Shown here: in pieces, positions 43,030-53,412 of the stretch
Position numbering within the stretch: position 1 is the first letter of the stretch
How the letters are laid out: every line of letters starts with the position of its first letter
NCBI GenBank assembly: GCA_009859145.1
Contig: VRVR01000021.1
Location: forward strand, 133,507 to 197,506
From: Andalucia godoyi And28
Taxonomy: Eukaryota; Protista; Jakobida
Length of the DNA: 64,000 nucleotides
Direction of reading: 5' to 3'
Program-made: the position numbers and the translations under genes
The notes under the pieces: model-generated
What the model was told of the DNA's origin: nothing
What the model saw: only the letters and a program-made list of their open reading frames with translations
Databases searched by the model: none

Positions 43030-44082
43030 TCAAATCTTTCCTTCCGCCACCTGTCTCGCAATGAATGCAGAACCATCGAGATTCAAGTTCCTGGAGGCGA
43101 ACTGCGTGATCACGCCTATTCCCTTGAGCCAGTCTCGCTTTGGATGGTTCAAAAACGTTCCCTGCACAAACAGCTCTGCATTTGCCTGGACGAAAGCGTC
43201 GTTCGACACCTGATTGTCGCCCAGAACAACAACATACTGCGGCATGACAGCAAGCGAGACGGTCTGTGCGCATTCCAGCAGCGTCTGATAGAGCGCCTGG
43301 AGCGCCTGGATGGCAGCAGGATCGGATCCATCGAGCGCACGGGTGGCGATGTCATGAGCTTGCAGTTCGCAGCCCTTTGAAAAGAACTTGTAAGCCAGCA
43401 CAAGGCCTCTTCCAGAGCACAGATCCTCAAACTCTGGCTTGTGCCTTCCAGCGTACACGACCTGGGCTGCAAATCGCACGAGTTCCGAGTCCGAGGACAT
43501 GGTGATGTGGGATGCTTCGCCTGGAACCACGGATTTCCCATGCACGATCGTTCCAACGCCCATGCCTGTTCCAGGAGCCAACACGACGACGTTGGCCGAG
43601 CCCAGAGAAGGCTGAATCTGCTCGCCGCCAATTCCATGAAAGCACTCCTGGAGCGCATTGGCCTGCGAAAGACCAATGAATCCGTAGCACGCACCTTCAA
43701 GATCGTTCAAAAGACGAGTTGCCCCGCGAGGAAAGAGAAATGGCGGAAGCATCTCCACGGAAATATCCTTGGATCCAAGATAGTTCGTGATGAATGCTGC
43801 TGTCCCGTTGTTCCTCACCGGCCCCGCAACCGCCAACGCAGCTGCCGTAGCCGGCGCCAGATCCGGAATGAGCCGTCGAACCGCAGCTTCAAGTGATTCT
43901 GCAGCGGCCACCAACTCTGCAATCGTCGAAGCATGCAGCTTCCCCAGCGGAACTACGGTCGCCGGAGACCCCAAGGTCACAAGCATCACCCGCGTGTGAG
44001 TGCCGCCGACATCCACTGCAGCCACATATCCAGACGAACTCCGCAGCGCTTCAATTCCAGACTCTGAAATCACGACTGACAT
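43030..44082 (-). CDS. glk: Bacterial-type glucokinase (Glk family)
   Basis: AVDVGGTHTR, AVAGPV, LLNDLEG, APGTGMG, GEASH and EFEDLCSGRGL motifs; intronless. Confidence 0.9.
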   Translation of the reverse strand: MSVVISESGIEALRSSSGYVAAVDVGGTHTRVMLVTLGSPATVVPLGKLHASTIAELVAAAESLEAAVRRLIPDLAPATAAALAVAGPVRNNGTAAFITNYLGSKDISVEMLPPFLFPRGATRLLNDLEGACYGFIGLSQANALQECFHGIGGEQIQPSLGSANVVVLAPGTGMGVGTIVHGKSVVPGEASHITMSSDSELVRFAAQVVYAGRHKPEFEDLCSGRGLVLAYKFFSKGCELQAHDIATRALDGSDPAAIQALQALYQTLLECAQTVSLAVMPQYVVVLGDNQVSNDAFVQANAELFVQGTFLNHPKRDWLKGIGVITQFASRNLNLDGSAFIARQVAEGKI

Positions 44083-45101
44083 TTCCCCACACTCCCCCGT
44101 GTATTTGCTACTTTTAATTCTCTTTCTACTCTTTTTGGTTCAAAAGAAGAAGCCAACACCAGAGCTTCCAGGAGAAAGAATTGCTCTCGAGTTGCCCATT
44201 GGTAAAAGCAACACAGAGAGAAGCACCGTCGCTGAACTTGACTTCGATTTCAGACTGCGCAGCATCAAGTGATTCCAACATTCAAAAAAATTTAAAAAAT
44301 GATTCCCCAAAAGAGAGCATTTATGTTACTGTCCTATAAAAAAGGCACAATACTTAACATCATATACATGTATGAAAATGCAAACCGCGCAATTCGCATC
44401 CGAGAGAAAGATAAGCCAACGAGTTTGAGGGACGATAAAAAGAAGAAGCAAAAAAAACAAAAAAAAACGAACAGCAGCATGCCGGAGAGAAAGAGCAGTA
44501 CAAAGAGAAAAAAAGGAAGAAAAAACGGGCCACACTTCCTTGTGAGGAAAGAGATAAGATCAGGAAACACGTCAAAAATAGGGTTGTCGTCACAAAAGAT
44601 CGGAAACACGGACCAAAGACGAAATCATCATATTATCTCTTCTCACGAGTACATGGAAAAACTGCGTATGCTGCTGCTTGCTGGGAAAGGGTGTGTACAT
44701 ACCATGCATTGCAAAGACTGGTACTGTGAAACGTCCTCTTTTTCATTCTCTCCTATACAGAGTCATATTAATCATAATAATGATAAGAAGAAGGAGAAGC
44801 AGAAGAAGAAGCAGAAGAAGAAGCAGCAGAAGAAGAAGGAGAAGGAGAAGAAGGAAGAGCAGAGGCGGCTGGCAAAGAAGAAAGCGAAAACGAGAATGTT
44901 TTCCAAACAGGAAAACAGTAAATAATAGGTAGGGTTCTGGCTTTTGAGAAAACCCTCAAAAGATGAGGACCCCTGAAGAGGAGACTCGACAATTGGGTTT
45001 TTTCTCTTATTATCCAAATAAATTAAAATGAAATGGAAACAGTTTACGTTTTTATCTCCCCAGAGGTGGTGTGGAGGTGGTGCATATTGCTGTAGTTATC
45101 C

Positions 45102-47438
45102 ATGTCGACGTCGACGTCGCGACATCGGCATGTTCGGCCTGCCGTGTCTGTGAGCCATCGCGCGACGCAGCAGCTGAAGATGAGTCTTCGAGAGCGGCTG
45201 CTGCTGTCTCCGTGGCAAAAGTGGCGCAAGTATGGCAAGTTTCCGTTCAAAGCATTCATCCATGTCTTGCTTGTTGCACTGGTTACGCTGCAGTGTTTCT
45301 TGTTTGGAGCCCAGCGAAATACGTACTTGTACAGCCAGACTTCGGCGTTTGAGGACTTGTTTTTCCCCTCGGGAGCGATTGTGGTGGACCCAAAGGACTC
45401 TGGCTACGGGTCTGCGTATGTTGAGTTTGCTCGGATTGGCGATTGGTTGTCCGGGATGCAGAATGCGGTGAACACATATGCGCTGCTTAATGACATTAGT
45501 CCGGACACGTATGGCCTTGTGGACCGCTGGGTGAGAATGTCTGTTGCGCAATTGGCGCACGAAGACGTGGCGAAGCTTGACTACACAAAGCCCATGGATC
45601 GATCGGTGTCGATCCGTGAGTACTGGGTGGACCCGTTCAGCAACAAGTCAATGTACGGGATTTCGAATCCGCCTAGAAGGAGGAGTGCTGTGGATAGCAT
45701 TTTGCACACCACCACCACCGCCGCAACACCTGGAGCAGCAGAAAGAGCAGGAACCGGTGCTGCTGGACAAGACGCAATTGTTGTCGAAAGCGCATCGATT
45801 GCCGGGTTTTGGGAAGAGAATTTTGGCGATGTGGACGATCCTATGGACGAAATGCTGGGACCGTTCAACACTAGCGATGCAAAGTCGGTGCATCGGATGA
45901 TGTCAAGAGTCGTGTTTGTGGACTTGTCGTTTCAGGTTGAAGCGGCCAATCTGTTGCCGAATGTTCCGCAGTGCATGGAATGGACTATCAAGATCCATTA
46001 CGACTTTGCTGCACGAGGCGGTCTTATCCGGCAGTTCATCCAGAGCGATGCCAAGGTTTGCGAATCCCAGTCTTCAAAGATTATTGATGCATCTGCGTCA
46101 CCGGTTATTTGGATTTCTGTCCTGTGCATCATCACATCACTCTTTTCGATATTGCTGACGGTACGCCAGATGGTGTCAATACTGAGCATTCGCTCCCACC
46201 TGCCTAGCGACACCGTCGAAGGGTCTGTTGTTTCGCGTTCAATGTCTCCGTCTCCGTCTCCGTCTCCGTCTCCGATGCCCACGGTTTCATCGAACATCCA
46301 TTTCAATCTCGCAGCATTGAAGACTGTATCGTTTGGAATGATTCTGGGTCTTCTTAATCTGTGGACGATTGTGCATGTTATTTCTGCAGTGATGAGCATA
46401 GTGTCCTCCGGAATGCTGATCGCAACAACTCTGTACAAGTATGCTGATGAGGAAACGGTGGCTTTCTTTGTAGGGTTTGATGCCTTGTTTTCGTGGGTGA
46501 ATTTGTGTCGATATTTCGAGTATTCTCCAAAGTTTTATCTTTTGATTCTCACGGTGCGCCGCGGAATGCCCAACGTCGTCCGCTTTATCATCGGAACGGC
46601 TCCCATATTTATTGGCTATACGGTGTTGGGAACTGTTCTGTTTGGACCGTACACTCGCTTTTTTGCAGACTTTGATCAGGCGGCGGTCACGCTGTTTGCT
46701 GTTCTAAATGGAGATGAAATCCACGATGTTACGGCTGCTGTTTTCTCGAGAAATCCAGCACTGGGAATCATTTCTAGAATCTACATGTTTTCGTTTGTTG
46801 CGCTGTTCATTTACACGGTGCTGAATATTTTTATTCACATCATGGAAGATGGATTCTTCTCGGCTAAGGAGAATCCAGGAACGACCGCGCGTGCTGAAAA
46901 GATTGCGAATCTGATATTGGGTCCTTCCGCCCCACCACCGCCTCCCGTGGTACATTCTCGCCTCGGAGATGGCCGTTCGCAACAGGATGAGGAGTCCCGA
47001 CTGTTGATGGCACAAGCCCATGAGGAAGACTCCAGTTCACCAGGCAATTTGTTAATGATGCCCGTCGGCGGCGGCTCGGCAGGGATGCAATCGGAAGGAT
47101 TTTCGTCGTCAGCCACAAGTTCAGCATTTCCAATGACTGCGGGTTCGTCGTACTCTTCACAGGGAAACGAGCCTGCTGATCATCATTACCACCACCGAGG
47201 GCACCAGGGCGAAGGCCAGCCGGATCACGGACATCCCTTCCATGAGCTACTAGGGACTCTTGAGCAAGTACAGCAGTATCTGCGATATGCGGTGTACGGT
47301 TCTGGAATCTCTCCTGAAGAACGGTTTTGCCTGCAATTGATCCAGGATTCTTCGCGGAGACTGCTGTCAGTTCGCAGCGCGCGGCATGAGCAAGTGGGGC
47401 AACGTCTAGAACCGCAAGTTGCGCCAGGCATTCAATGA
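45102..47438 (+). CDS. MCOLN: Mucolipin (TRPML) cation channel
   Basis: SPWQKWRKYGKFPFK N-terminal motif, large luminal loop, six TMs, pore LFAVLNGDEIHD, FIYTVLNIFIHIMED and a C-tail EESRLL dileucine motif. Confidence 0.93.
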   Translation: MSTSTSRHRHVRPAVSVSHRATQQLKMSLRERLLLSPWQKWRKYGKFPFKAFIHVLLVALVTLQCFLFGAQRNTYLYSQTSAFEDLFFPSGAIVVDPKDSGYGSAYVEFARIGDWLSGMQNAVNTYALLNDISPDTYGLVDRWVRMSVAQLAHEDVAKLDYTKPMDRSVSIREYWVDPFSNKSMYGISNPPRRRSAVDSILHTTTTAATPGAAERAGTGAAGQDAIVVESASIAGFWEENFGDVDDPMDEMLGPFNTSDAKSVHRMMSRVVFVDLSFQVEAANLLPNVPQCMEWTIKIHYDFAARGGLIRQFIQSDAKVCESQSSKIIDASASPVIWISVLCIITSLFSILLTVRQMVSILSIRSHLPSDTVEGSVVSRSMSPSPSPSPSPMPTVSSNIHFNLAALKTVSFGMILGLLNLWTIVHVISAVMSIVSSGMLIATTLYKYADEETVAFFVGFDALFSWVNLCRYFEYSPKFYLLILTVRRGMPNVVRFIIGTAPIFIGYTVLGTVLFGPYTRFFADFDQAAVTLFAVLNGDEIHDVTAAVFSRNPALGIISRIYMFSFVALFIYTVLNIFIHIMEDGFFSAKENPGTTARAEKIANLILGPSAPPPPPVVHSRLGDGRSQQDEESRLLMAQAHEEDSSSPGNLLMMPVGGGSAGMQSEGFSSSATSSAFPMTAGSSYSSQGNEPADHHYHHRGHQGEGQPDHGHPFHELLGTLEQVQQYLRYAVYGSGISPEERFCLQLIQDSSRRLLSVRSARHEQVGQRLEPQVAPGIQ

Positions 47439-47490
47439 TCCTCACAGTGCACCAGCATGTGGTTGAATGATCTCAAACCCCGATTCGTTT

Positions 47491-48504
47491 TTACTGCACC
47501 TCTTCCACAACTGGTCCCCGCGCTGGGCAATCTTCGCATTCATAAATCTGCAGTGACTGCCGCGCCTCGTAAGACCTCGGCGGTTGCACACTGCTGTGTT
47601 CGGGCAAGGACTTGCGAATATCTCGAATTGAATGAACATGTTCTACGATTCTTTCTTCCACGATCACTTGGATGCTGTGGATTTGGACAAATGATGCATT
47701 CTGGTCCTCCGTCCAACACGGATCCCGGACTTCTGAATGTCTTGTTGGCGATTTGTTGTAGCCTCGTCCCCAGTATCGATCCTCCAGAGATCGCTTGGCG
47801 CCCGTTCTTCTTGACAGCATTACACGATCTGCAGGGCTCAACAAGGCTTTTGGCGCCAGCTGCCTCATCCTTTGGCAATCTGGGGTGCCGTCATGGCCAT
47901 CATCGTTACCGTTGTCACCTTCTTCGTCTTCGAAGACGCAGCACAGCCGGGGGCTGTTCGGAAAATGTTCTCGATCCTGCAAAAGACATTCGTTGGCATG
48001 CATCGAGGAGTACATCTGGTCATAGACTTGCTGGAAATAAAGTAGAAGGTCTCCGAGGTTCTCGATCCTTTTTTCGCTTATCTGGATCATTTCATCCAAG
48101 AAGAACTGTGCGCGTTTGATGTTTGTTTTTGGTAGAAATGTGAGTCTCTCGGGGCGTCCAGTCCTTTTTCACGCAGTCAAAATGTGAAAGCGAATAAAAT
48201 AATAATAATAATAATAATAATAGTAATAATAAATTCAAAAAAAGTAAATTAACAAACTGCATACTCTTTGAGGAGAAGACGGATGCAGACGGCTGACAAG
48301 GTTCTGCACTTTCACCAGAGACTCTCTGTATGTTTCCAGGACGTTGGAGCCTTCCGCTATGAGCTCGGCTAGGAAGTCTGCATTAGGACCAGTTTTGTCA
48401 TTCGACCACGGAAAACGAAAACTGTGCTGGGGATAGTGCGATCCAACCAGATACTTTTGAAAAAACTGTTCATCCTGCTTCACAGCAAATCCCACAACGT
48501 CCAT
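47491..48504 (-). CDS. Hypothetical protein (284 aa); two exons (48504-48265, 48105-47491)
   Basis: Two ORFs join in frame across a 159-nt intron (SSPQR-FFLDEM). Confidence 0.7.
48106..48264 (-). other. Spliceosomal intron, 159 nt, phase 0, containing (TAT)n
   Basis: GTATGC donor, GACTCAC branch-like site, GCACAG acceptor. Confidence 0.75.
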
Positions 48505-48652
48505 ATTTTTTAAAATATTAAAAACTATCCTTTAAAAACGTATTATCGCACCAGAGAAGAAGTCCATTCTGGAAAAATTAAATAGTGAAAACAATGGGGA
48601 AAAACAAAAAAAACCCAGCGCAATCCGAGGGGAATACATGGGAAAAATAATG

Positions 48653-48683
48653 CGAGACACGAGACACGAGACACGAGACACGA
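48653..48683. repeat. Tandem 7-bp repeat (CGAGACA)4
   Basis: Read directly; lies in a divergent promoter spacer. Confidence 0.9.
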
Positions 48684-48953
48684 CCTTTTCTCGTGTTCCT
48701 TCCTTCCTCTCCGTCTGTGCACTACTCTCGTGCATGCACTATCGTGCAACACGGTCCGTTAAATACTTGTGCGAATTGTTTTTGGGGAATTAAAGAAAAA
48801 TGGAAAGCACAATTTGCCTTTCTGCTGTTGTCGTTCAGCATATGAATACGTATTGAAAACCACAACATTAACGAGCAGTCGTTGCTTACGAATTGGTCTA
48901 CTAACGTACAGGGGAGAAAAAGAAAGGAAAAAAGAAAAAGAAAAAAAGGAAAG

Positions 48954-51900
48954 ATGGATCGTCTGAAACTCGATTCGTTTGATTTGCTGCAATCATTTTC
49001 AGCATTTTCCACACACTCTGCTTCGGCCCTGTCGCTACTAAAGGCATCGATTTCGACTTCATTGATCGACAGCCATTTGAAAAATGCACACATTCCATCT
49101 GCTTCTACTATGGCGTTCGTCGCTGGGTCGATTGGAGCTGCCGCGATCACCACTCGAACAATACTGTCTCTCCGAAACCGACATTCCCGCCACTCTCATC
49201 GCAGCCTGTCCTCGGAAGCACACAGTGTTTCTTCTTTTTCAGCTGGGATCCCCAAGATTAGCATGAGTCCACGCAAGTTTCGAGTTTCCAGAAGCATGCA
49301 GACGGAAAAAAACGCCGATCAAGCGGGAGCAATAATAGACGTTTCACAAGAGGTCGCTGATTCCCCGGGTTCAAGATTGCTTGATTCCCATGCGCAGTAT
49401 GAATGGGAGTGGTTTTGCAGGGAAGCCATTTCCCAGACAGACTTTGGCTGCAAAGTTGCTCATGCAGACGAGTGCACAATGACAGCTGACCGTGCAGAGT
49501 TGTTCGTGGACTCGCAGACGAACACCTCATGTTTGGATTTCCAATCTCCAGCTTCAGTTCAAACAGAGAATGCTACGGTCTGCGATACTGCCTTTCAAGC
49601 CGGGTGCGCCATGGAAGATGGGGAGACGCAAGTGAGCTTCATTGTCTCGGATTTTGTTATGCAGACAGAGAACCAGCTGCAATGCTCGGGTTCGGTGCAG
49701 ACGGAAGAACGGATCTCTCGCTCTGGACATACGCAAACCACGCATGCAGAAACGATGAGCATTCCTGTTCAAACCGTCCATAGTGAGACTGCGAATCAGG
49801 ATGTCCAAGTCGAATGCGAGTCCTCGAACGCGATTTGTCAGGCGGGGTTTGCTGCTTTCGAGTTGCAAACCATCGCTTCGCAGACAAGCACGGCGGAGAT
49901 GACGGTTGATCAGCATTGTCAGATTGCAAGCGAGTTGCAAGAAGCGGCGTCGCAGAATTGCGGTCCGGACATGCGGGATACTGGCGTCTCCGTCATGTGC
50001 GAAATGTTGGAGATGTTCATGCAGACTTCCATGGACGTGCAGCACGCGGACGCTCAGTGCAGTGTCATGACATGCGAAGCTTCGTGCGATCCATGCTTGG
50101 CGAGAATGGTGAATTCATCGACCCAAGTCTGCTGTGAAGCGCTGGATCGAGGGACGCAAGCCGAATGTGAAATGGAAGATTCCGGGCTGCAGTACTCTCC
50201 GGAAACTCATGAAATCGCTACCGGAAGTGACGAAGCATGCTGCCGAATGAACAACGGCTGCCAGGTCTCCGCTCAAGACGAGGATGCAGAATGCCAAGTG
50301 AACATACTCCCGATTGTCTCCGACGCGGATTGTCAGTCCGAGACGTACCAGATGCACTCAATGAATTCGCAGACGGCTGTCTCGCATTTTTCAATGGCGG
50401 ATGGATCTACTCAGTACGAGACTGGCATGGCGCAGGATGTGAACGAGGCAGACGACGAGCTGTCCAGGACCGTGTATTTGGTTATCCGTTCAGACTCGGA
50501 AACGCAAACAGACACAACCGCCCTCAACGCATTTCCCCCTTTGCACGGATCTCTGCCACTGGATTCCTCTGTCGGAATCCTGTCGTCGTCGACTCACTCG
50601 TCCGTTATCCACAATCCGCTCAGCTCTGTCGGAGCTGCCGCGGACGTTTTCACGCCCATGAGCGATCGGCATCGAACGATTGGGATGGATGATCTCGGAG
50701 AGGCAAGTACGTCACCGGAATCTGTGTTCTCCGTTCGATCGGATCTCTCGGAGAGATCATCGCCACAACTCAAGGCAGGCCTGCAATTCTACAAGACGCG
50801 CCAGCAAGAGCTCGAAGCGAATCGTGCGAAGATCATGTGCACGTTGAAGGATACCATCCGGGAGAATGACGAGTTGAAAAAGGAAGTAGAGAAGCTCAAA
50901 ATTCGGCTGGCATTCCTGGAGGCGAAGCGCAGTCCGAGTTTGGCTTATGGTAATCACAACTACTGCCATCACAGCAGCAACAACAGCAGCAATCTAAGCA
51001 TGGCAAATGCGTCTGTGATCGATACGTCTTTTGTCCTTCCTTCTGATTTGTCCATGTCAATGCTCCAAAGTCCGCCGATTGCATCTCGTCGTGAAATGGA
51101 CCAGCGTGCGGATATCATGATGCAGACGATTCAGCAGTTGCAACAAACCATTTCTCATCTAGAACAGGAGCTTGCCAGTCGCAATGCTGTTTTCATCGAG
51201 AAGGAAGCACAGTTGCTGCGTGTCCGGGATCGTGATGACGTGATTGCGCGCGAGAACAGGTCTCTGAAGGAAAAGGTCGACAAGATGGAGTCTGACAAGG
51301 CTCATGACGTGAAGCGCATCCAGGAACTGCAGCGGCAGGTTGCGGCCATTGTCAACAAAGTAGAAATGCTCACCAACAGTTTGGAAGAAGTGTCTCGCGA
51401 TCGGGAAAGTATTTTGGCGAAATCAAGGACGGTTGAAGCCGAGACCGAGCGAGAAAAGGCGGTTCGCTTGGAGATCCTTCAAAAAGTAGAGAGCTTGGAG
51501 GTCGAAAACAACCACCTGAAAGCCATGGTCGAGCAGCACCAGGTTGAACGTCAGCAGCTCATCCATCATGCGCAGCAGAACCTTGTGATGGATGAGAACC
51601 TCGTCGAATTTGCAAGGAATTCCAAGAAGAGCATCAAGATATACCAGGATCTCAAAGACCAGATCCGAGTGCTCTCGGAAGAGAACCAGCGCCTTAAGGC
51701 ACAGGCGCATCACCTCCGAGAGAATCATCGCAAGAAGTCGCTCGAGGAAAAGGAAAATGGGGCCGTTGCACTTCAAGCCAAGCGGGCTGTTGCGTCGGTT
51801 GCATCTGCTTTTGCACCTGCCACGAACACTACTGCTGCACCCGCTGCAGCCATTCCGCTTGCATCAGTCCCCGTGCATCCGGCAACCACCACCAGCCGGG

Positions 51901-51992
51901 CGAACGCCGCACCACCGCCACCACTACCCAGAGTGCCACGGGGGGCTCCCATCAGTACACACCACATTACCACCAGCTCTCGCCGAATCTAG
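48954..51992 (+). CDS. About 1012-aa protein with a repeated xQT motif array and a C-terminal coiled coil
   Basis: Long ORF; more than 20 (S/V/M/T/C)-Q-(T/V/S/A) motifs between 49290 and 50515; heptad-rich C-terminal third. Confidence 0.85.
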   Translation: MDRLKLDSFDLLQSFSAFSTHSASALSLLKASISTSLIDSHLKNAHIPSASTMAFVAGSIGAAAITTRTILSLRNRHSRHSHRSLSSEAHSVSSFSAGIPKISMSPRKFRVSRSMQTEKNADQAGAIIDVSQEVADSPGSRLLDSHAQYEWEWFCREAISQTDFGCKVAHADECTMTADRAELFVDSQTNTSCLDFQSPASVQTENATVCDTAFQAGCAMEDGETQVSFIVSDFVMQTENQLQCSGSVQTEERISRSGHTQTTHAETMSIPVQTVHSETANQDVQVECESSNAICQAGFAAFELQTIASQTSTAEMTVDQHCQIASELQEAASQNCGPDMRDTGVSVMCEMLEMFMQTSMDVQHADAQCSVMTCEASCDPCLARMVNSSTQVCCEALDRGTQAECEMEDSGLQYSPETHEIATGSDEACCRMNNGCQVSAQDEDAECQVNILPIVSDADCQSETYQMHSMNSQTAVSHFSMADGSTQYETGMAQDVNEADDELSRTVYLVIRSDSETQTDTTALNAFPPLHGSLPLDSSVGILSSSTHSSVIHNPLSSVGAAADVFTPMSDRHRTIGMDDLGEASTSPESVFSVRSDLSERSSPQLKAGLQFYKTRQQELEANRAKIMCTLKDTIRENDELKKEVEKLKIRLAFLEAKRSPSLAYGNHNYCHHSSNNSSNLSMANASVIDTSFVLPSDLSMSMLQSPPIASRREMDQRADIMMQTIQQLQQTISHLEQELASRNAVFIEKEAQLLRVRDRDDVIARENRSLKEKVDKMESDKAHDVKRIQELQRQVAAIVNKVEMLTNSLEEVSRDRESILAKSRTVEAETEREKAVRLEILQKVESLEVENNHLKAMVEQHQVERQQLIHHAQQNLVMDENLVEFARNSKKSIKIYQDLKDQIRVLSEENQRLKAQAHHLRENHRKKSLEEKENGAVALQAKRAVASVASAFAPATNTTAAPAAAIPLASVPVHPATTTSRANAAPPPPLPRVPRGAPISTHHITTSSRRI

Positions 51993-52215
51993 GTTTTCGG
52001 CATGAGCCTTTTTCGTACAGATAGCGTATTCTTCTCTTCTTCTGCTGTTTGCTATTGTAGTTTGTTTTTGCTTGCTACGCTTTCTGAACACCCCACATTC
52101 ATTTATATCCTTGTATGTTTTTTGAATAGTAACTTAAAAATCTGAAAAAATAGAAGGAAAAAAAAAACAGAAAAACAAAAAATACAATGCAACTCTAATG
52201 TTTAATCACGCATCA

Positions 52216-52857
52216 TCAGTCGTGCTCGTCGTGTGGCGCCTTGCTCTTCTTCTCCTTCTTGGGAAACTCCTTGTCGGCCAGTCCAAGGAGTGAGTAATCG
52301 AAACCAAAGACCCATTTCAGCACAGAGGCATATGTGCTCTTAATCGCGTCTGGATCTGCATTGTGGAAAAGCGTCATGATGACAGCAAGTCCCATTGCAA
52401 AGATGAGAATGGAGTATCCCGGAACCACAGGAAGCCGAAGGAACCGATACACCAGTTCGAGGAACCGAGGAATACAGTACACTGCCAGCTCCGATCGTCG
52501 TGACGCACGTTCAATTTCCACGGACTGCGCACACAAAAACCCGGCAATCAGCGCTTGCCATTGATCATCCTTGTTTCGCAGACCTCGTATCTTACACAGC
52601 ACATAGCAAAACAAGGACACGAATGTCGACAGGAACGATGCAGACCGGATTGTGGCTTTCAGACAATGAAGAAGACCCTTTGGGCTAAGCTTTCTAAATC
52701 GGAACAGCAGCGTAGGAACAAAATGGATAGGTGCATACAGCTTGAGCATTTCGGGAAACACGTCCACAAACACTTGCAACGACCGATACAAGTCACGACC
52801 TCCGTAAATCCGCTTATTGTCTATGAAAACCCCGGGAGAAATCACAAAATCTGTCAT
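52216..52857 (-). CDS. TMEM135-like membrane protein (one half-unit, Tim17/PXMP4-related)
   Basis: LYAPIHFVP, RSASFLSTF, IAGFLC, ERASRRSELAVYC segments resemble the C-terminal half of TMEM135. Confidence 0.72.
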   Translation of the reverse strand: MTDFVISPGVFIDNKRIYGGRDLYRSLQVFVDVFPEMLKLYAPIHFVPTLLFRFRKLSPKGLLHCLKATIRSASFLSTFVSLFCYVLCKIRGLRNKDDQWQALIAGFLCAQSVEIERASRRSELAVYCIPRFLELVYRFLRLPVVPGYSILIFAMGLAVIMTLFHNADPDAIKSTYASVLKWVFGFDYSLLGLADKEFPKKEKKSKAPHDEHD

Positions 52858-53412
52858 TTCCCCGCTCACTCACTCTCGTGCACACGCCCTCCGTTGCTCG
52901 ATTCTCGCCTAATAAATAAATAACGAACAAAATAAACAAGTACACAGTCGAACGAACGAACGAACAGAAGACGGAGATTGCTGATCGATCGATCAAACTG
53001 CCCTCGGTGCGTTTTTTTACGACTGGTGTCACGGTACCTTACTTTGTGATTCAACATTTTGGGAATTTCTGTTTTGTGATCTGTGTGGTTTTTAAACAAC
53101 AACCAACCAAACAAACCAACAATCGCAAAACGGAAAGAAGAAAAGAAAGAAAAGAAAGAAAAAAGAAGAAAAGTATTCATAAGCGCGCCAAGAAGAGTGT
53201 CTCAGTGGAACGCAACGGATCGGCTGCTGATGTAACGACTGGTGACGATCCAGAATCTTGATTGGGTTATTTGCATTTCAATATTTATCGTTTGATTTTA
53301 TTATATATATTCGCCCCCCTTTTTTTTCTATTTGGGGAGGTTTCTTTTCTGGCATCGTTGCTCCAATTTGGGTTTTCTACTTGTCTGATTGTTGGAAGGC
53401 GCTTTCACATGC

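Noticed and set aside
44299-44925. 208-aa Lys-rich ORF between glucokinase and mucolipin
   Set aside because: Built from A-rich tracts and (AGA)n/(AGAAGAAGC)n simple repeats in a divergent spacer; no domain
47457-48119. 220-aa plus-strand ATG ORF just after mucolipin
   Set aside because: It lies antisense over exon 2 of the spliced gene at 48504-47491, which has better splice and composition support
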